From contig FLMG01002209.1 in assembly GCA_900088475.1 (NCBI GenBank), positions 1-64,000 on the forward strand: a stretch of 64,000 bases of DNA, given 5' to 3'. Made by a program: the position numbers and the translations under genes. The stretch comes from Hyphochytrium catenoides (Eukaryota > Protista > Hyphochytriomycota). Below the pieces are notes generated by a model. The model did no database searches. It saw only the letters and a list, made by a program, of their open reading frames with translations, and was not told the DNA's origin. Positions 63,340 to 64,000 of the stretch are shown one piece after another; position 1 is the stretch's first letter; each line of letters starts with the position of its first letter.

Positions 63340-63480
63340 GTGCTCTCTCTGTCTCTCTCTCTCTCGGTCTCTCTCTGTCCCTCTTTCTCCCTCTCTCTCT
63401 CTTGACACTCTCTCTGTTTATCTCTCACACTCTCTCTCTCTGTCCGCTCTCCCTCTCCCTCTCCCTCTCTTACCTCTCGT

Positions 63481-63523
<43 letters not shown>

Positions 63524-63560
63524 NNNNNNCTCTCTCTCTCTCTCTCTCTCTCTCCCTCCC
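63340..63560. repeat. Long (CT)n microsatellite with an N gap
   Basis: Direct reading. Confidence 0.95.
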
Positions 63561-64000
63561 AATCCTCTCCACTTCCCTCTCTTACCCCTTCTTCAGCCTC
63601 GTTCTGCTCTGTCTCTTTCCCTGTGTGTCTCTATCGACTCTCTTTGTGAGCCCTTAGGCAGTCCGTAAGCCCACTCTGTCTTGCGCTCTGTCTCGGAGCG
63701 CCTGAGCAATTGCATTTTGGCTCTTTCTCTTCCCAATGGTTTAGAGCCATGTCGTCCTCACTCTGTCTCAACGATTCAATATTCTGTCTCTTTATATACC
63801 CTTATTAAGCTCTGGATTTGTCTACCTTATCAATTAACAGACGTATATCGTTGTCGCTCTGACTGCCGCTCACAAGGATATTCATAACCCCGAGCTAGCA
63901 GAGGACTTAGTGTACCCAAACCTTCTCCCCCAACACCACAACAACACACTCAAAAGGTGCGAGTTTACTATGGGAAACCTATAAAACAGACCGGTACACA

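Overview
Eukaryotic nuclear DNA, intron-rich, with many (CT)n/(GA)n microsatellites and short N gaps. A stramenopile or oomycete-like protist is plausible, but that is inference only. The window has two compartments. About 1-19 kb is gene-sparse, with decayed LTR-retrotransposon material (Ty3/Gypsy integrase, chromodomain, PPT, LTR) and three intronless, co-oriented, probably secreted genes. Two of these (7702-9387, 12773-13879) are diverged paralogues with recessed signal peptides, RxLR/EER-like motifs and a shared unrecognised C-terminal domain. The third is a tectonin-like beta-propeller (17314-18588). About 20-62 kb is dense with spliced genes: NEPRO/Rmp1-like (with an AT-AC U12-type intron), a ~15 kb MBD9/BAZ-like chromatin reader with PDZ and TALE-homeodomain additions, a two-domain AAA ATPase with both Walker B glutamates substituted, a bubblegum acyl-CoA synthetase, kish/TMEM167, TRAPPC4/Trs23, and a PH-PH-Zn ribbon-Arb2-AGC kinase fusion. 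Exon joins and domain calls were made by eye; no database searches were run.
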